A stretch of DNA of 31,175 bases. Origin: an uncultured archaeon. GTDB taxonomy: Archaea > Altiarchaeota > Altiarchaeia > IMC4 > SCGC-AAA252-I15. Location of the stretch: contig CAZPLO010000007.1 of NCBI GenBank assembly GCA_964587725.1, positions 35,184 to 66,358 of the forward strand, read 5' to 3'. The number at the start of each line of letters is the position of its first letter. The stretch's first letter is position 1. Under the pieces are notes generated by a model. It made no database searches. It saw only the letters and a program-made list of their open reading frames with translations, and had not been told where the DNA came from. The position numbers were made by a program, and so were the translations under genes. Below are positions 29,827-31,175 of this stretch, one piece after another.

Positions 29827-30771
29827 ATGCTCGAGTACGTCTTAATCGCCGCAGGCTTGGTGGGTTTGTGGCTGGGCAGCGACTACGCCGTGGAGGCCGC
29901 CAGGGAGGTCGCCAGCAAACTCGGGGTCTCCGACCTGGTCGTCGGGTTGACCGTCACCTCCATCGGGACGTCGCTGCCGGAGATACTCACCAACGTGATG
30001 GCGGGTTTCAGCACCGCCGCGGGCGTGGACGCCTCCGGCATAGCGGTGGGCAACATTATCGGCAGCGAGCTGGCGCAGATTACATTGCTGCTTGGTTTGG
30101 TGGGGTTCATCGCCACGTTGACCATACCCAGGGACTCCCTTAAACGGGATGGGCGGATGCTGTTCATGGCGGTGTTGCTGATGTACGCCACCGCCTTCGA
30201 CGGTTATGTAAGCCGGTTAGAAGGTGTGTTCCTGGTTTTATGTTATGTCGCCTACCTTGGCTTCGTGTTCCACCAGGAGAACCGCGCCTCCAGACGGAGG
30301 GGGGTGAAACGCGACTACAACATCCTAGTGGACCTGGTGAAGACCTTCATCGGGTTGGTGGTTGTCGTGTACAGCGCCAACCTGGTTGTGTCCAACGGCG
30401 TCGAAGCGGCTACGGAACTCGGCATAGCAGCGTCGATAGTGGGGTTGTTCGTGGGGTTGGGCACCAGCATCCCGGAACTGAGCGTCTCTTTAAGGGCTAT
30501 CTCCAAAAAAGCAGGCACCTTATCCCTCGGCAACCTGATAGGCAGCAACATCACCGATCCCCTGTTTTCGTTCGGCCTCGGAGCATCCATAGCGGGCGTA
30601 ACGGTTTCCGAAATCGTGTTGCGTTTCGACTTCATATACTGGATGGCAGCCACCGCCGTAGCGTTGCTCCTGTTATACAACCACCTCGACCTGAACCGGA
30701 ACGAATCCAGCGTACTCATCATAATGTATCTCCTGTTCATGTACGTACGGCTCGCCTTCTTCATCGCGTGA
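29827..30771 (+). CDS. Calcium/sodium antiporter (CaCA, YrbG-like)
   Basis: Alpha-repeats SIGTSLPE...GNIIGS and GLGTSIPE...GNLIGSN; about 10 TM segments. Confidence 0.93.
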   Translation: MLEYVLIAAGLVGLWLGSDYAVEAAREVASKLGVSDLVVGLTVTSIGTSLPEILTNVMAGFSTAAGVDASGIAVGNIIGSELAQITLLLGLVGFIATLTIPRDSLKRDGRMLFMAVLLMYATAFDGYVSRLEGVFLVLCYVAYLGFVFHQENRASRRRGVKRDYNILVDLVKTFIGLVVVVYSANLVVSNGVEAATELGIAASIVGLFVGLGTSIPELSVSLRAISKKAGTLSLGNLIGSNITDPLFSFGLGASIAGVTVSEIVLRFDFIYWMAATAVALLLLYNHLDLNRNESSVLIIMYLLFMYVRLAFFIA

Positions 30772-30802
30772 GCTTTTATTTCAGCCGTTGTAATGTGTTT
30801 CT

Positions 30803-31175
30803 ATGGCGGGGCCTGCGGACGGCATATGGGAGGAGTCAGAGACGGTTGAAAAAAAGAAGCGGTGGCGGTTCAAATCCGGCGGCATAATCTGGCCGCCTGT
30901 AGCCGGTGCCCTAGCCGCAGCCGCAGCCTACCTACTGTCCTGGGTTGTTGCGGTGTTCGCGGAGGTGATGGACTTCACCTTCCTCCAACCGGTGTCTGAG
31001 ACGCTGCATGCCAATCTGCTGTGGTTTTTCGTGCTGGTGACATTGTTCGACTACCTCCGCTACCTAGGGGACGTGTTGGGGGGCAACGACTGGCTGGTGA
31101 AGCCCGCCGCCACCGCGCTGGCGATAACCGGGAGCCTGTGGCTGGGTGGGTTGATTGTGAAGGCGTTGAACACGG
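30803..31175 (+). CDS. Membrane protein, 3'-partial; not in ORF track
   Basis: Open from ATG 30803 to the window end: MAGPADGIWEESETVEKKKRWRFKSGGIIWPPVAGALAAAAAYLLSWVVAVFAEV...LLWFFVLVTLFDYL...ALAITGSLWLGGLIVKALNT, with three hydrophobic segments. Confidence 0.7.
   Translation, partial: MAGPADGIWEESETVEKKKRWRFKSGGIIWPPVAGALAAAAAYLLSWVVAVFAEVMDFTFLQPVSETLHANLLWFFVLVTLFDYLRYLGDVLGGNDWLVKPAATALAITGSLWLGGLIVKALNT

Overview
This is a GC-rich archaeal chromosomal window. The gene content suggests a Ca. Altiarchaeota/DPANN-like organism (single-ORF Rpo2, split Rpo1, Thr-rich lipoproteins, CGDGxC surface repeats), but that placement is inference only. Left third: a Cys-rich partial ORF, an orphan, an ACT-domain protein divergent from hisC, a DtxR/FeoA regulator with feoB and a visible operator palindrome, ablAB (N-epsilon-acetyl-beta-lysine synthesis), an EamA plus DUF6390-like pair, a DhnA/AroA' aldolase and a CBS protein. 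Middle: rpo5-rpo2-rpo1N-rpo1C-eL30-nusA, a small inserted ORF and a structured leader. uS12 is then joined directly to the distal spc operon (uS8-uL6-eL32-eL19-uL18-uS5-uL30-uL15-secY), with no uS7, EF-2 or proximal spc genes. eL32 and uS5 carry very long Lys-rich and Lys/Glu-rich N-terminal extensions. Right end: a Thr-rich lipoprotein, then a tightly packed four-gene minus-strand unit (lipoprotein, GyrI-like Cys protein, KaiC-like ATPase, and a membrane-anchored protein with three C-C-CC-C-C modules, CGDGxC repeats and a CARDB domain), a Ca/Na antiporter and a partial membrane protein. The best candidates for undescribed biology are that four-gene unit with its six-Cys module, the rearranged ribosomal operon with its leader hairpin, and the charged extensions. 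I saw no rRNA, tRNA, CRISPR array or mobile element. All family calls come from motif recognition, not database searches.
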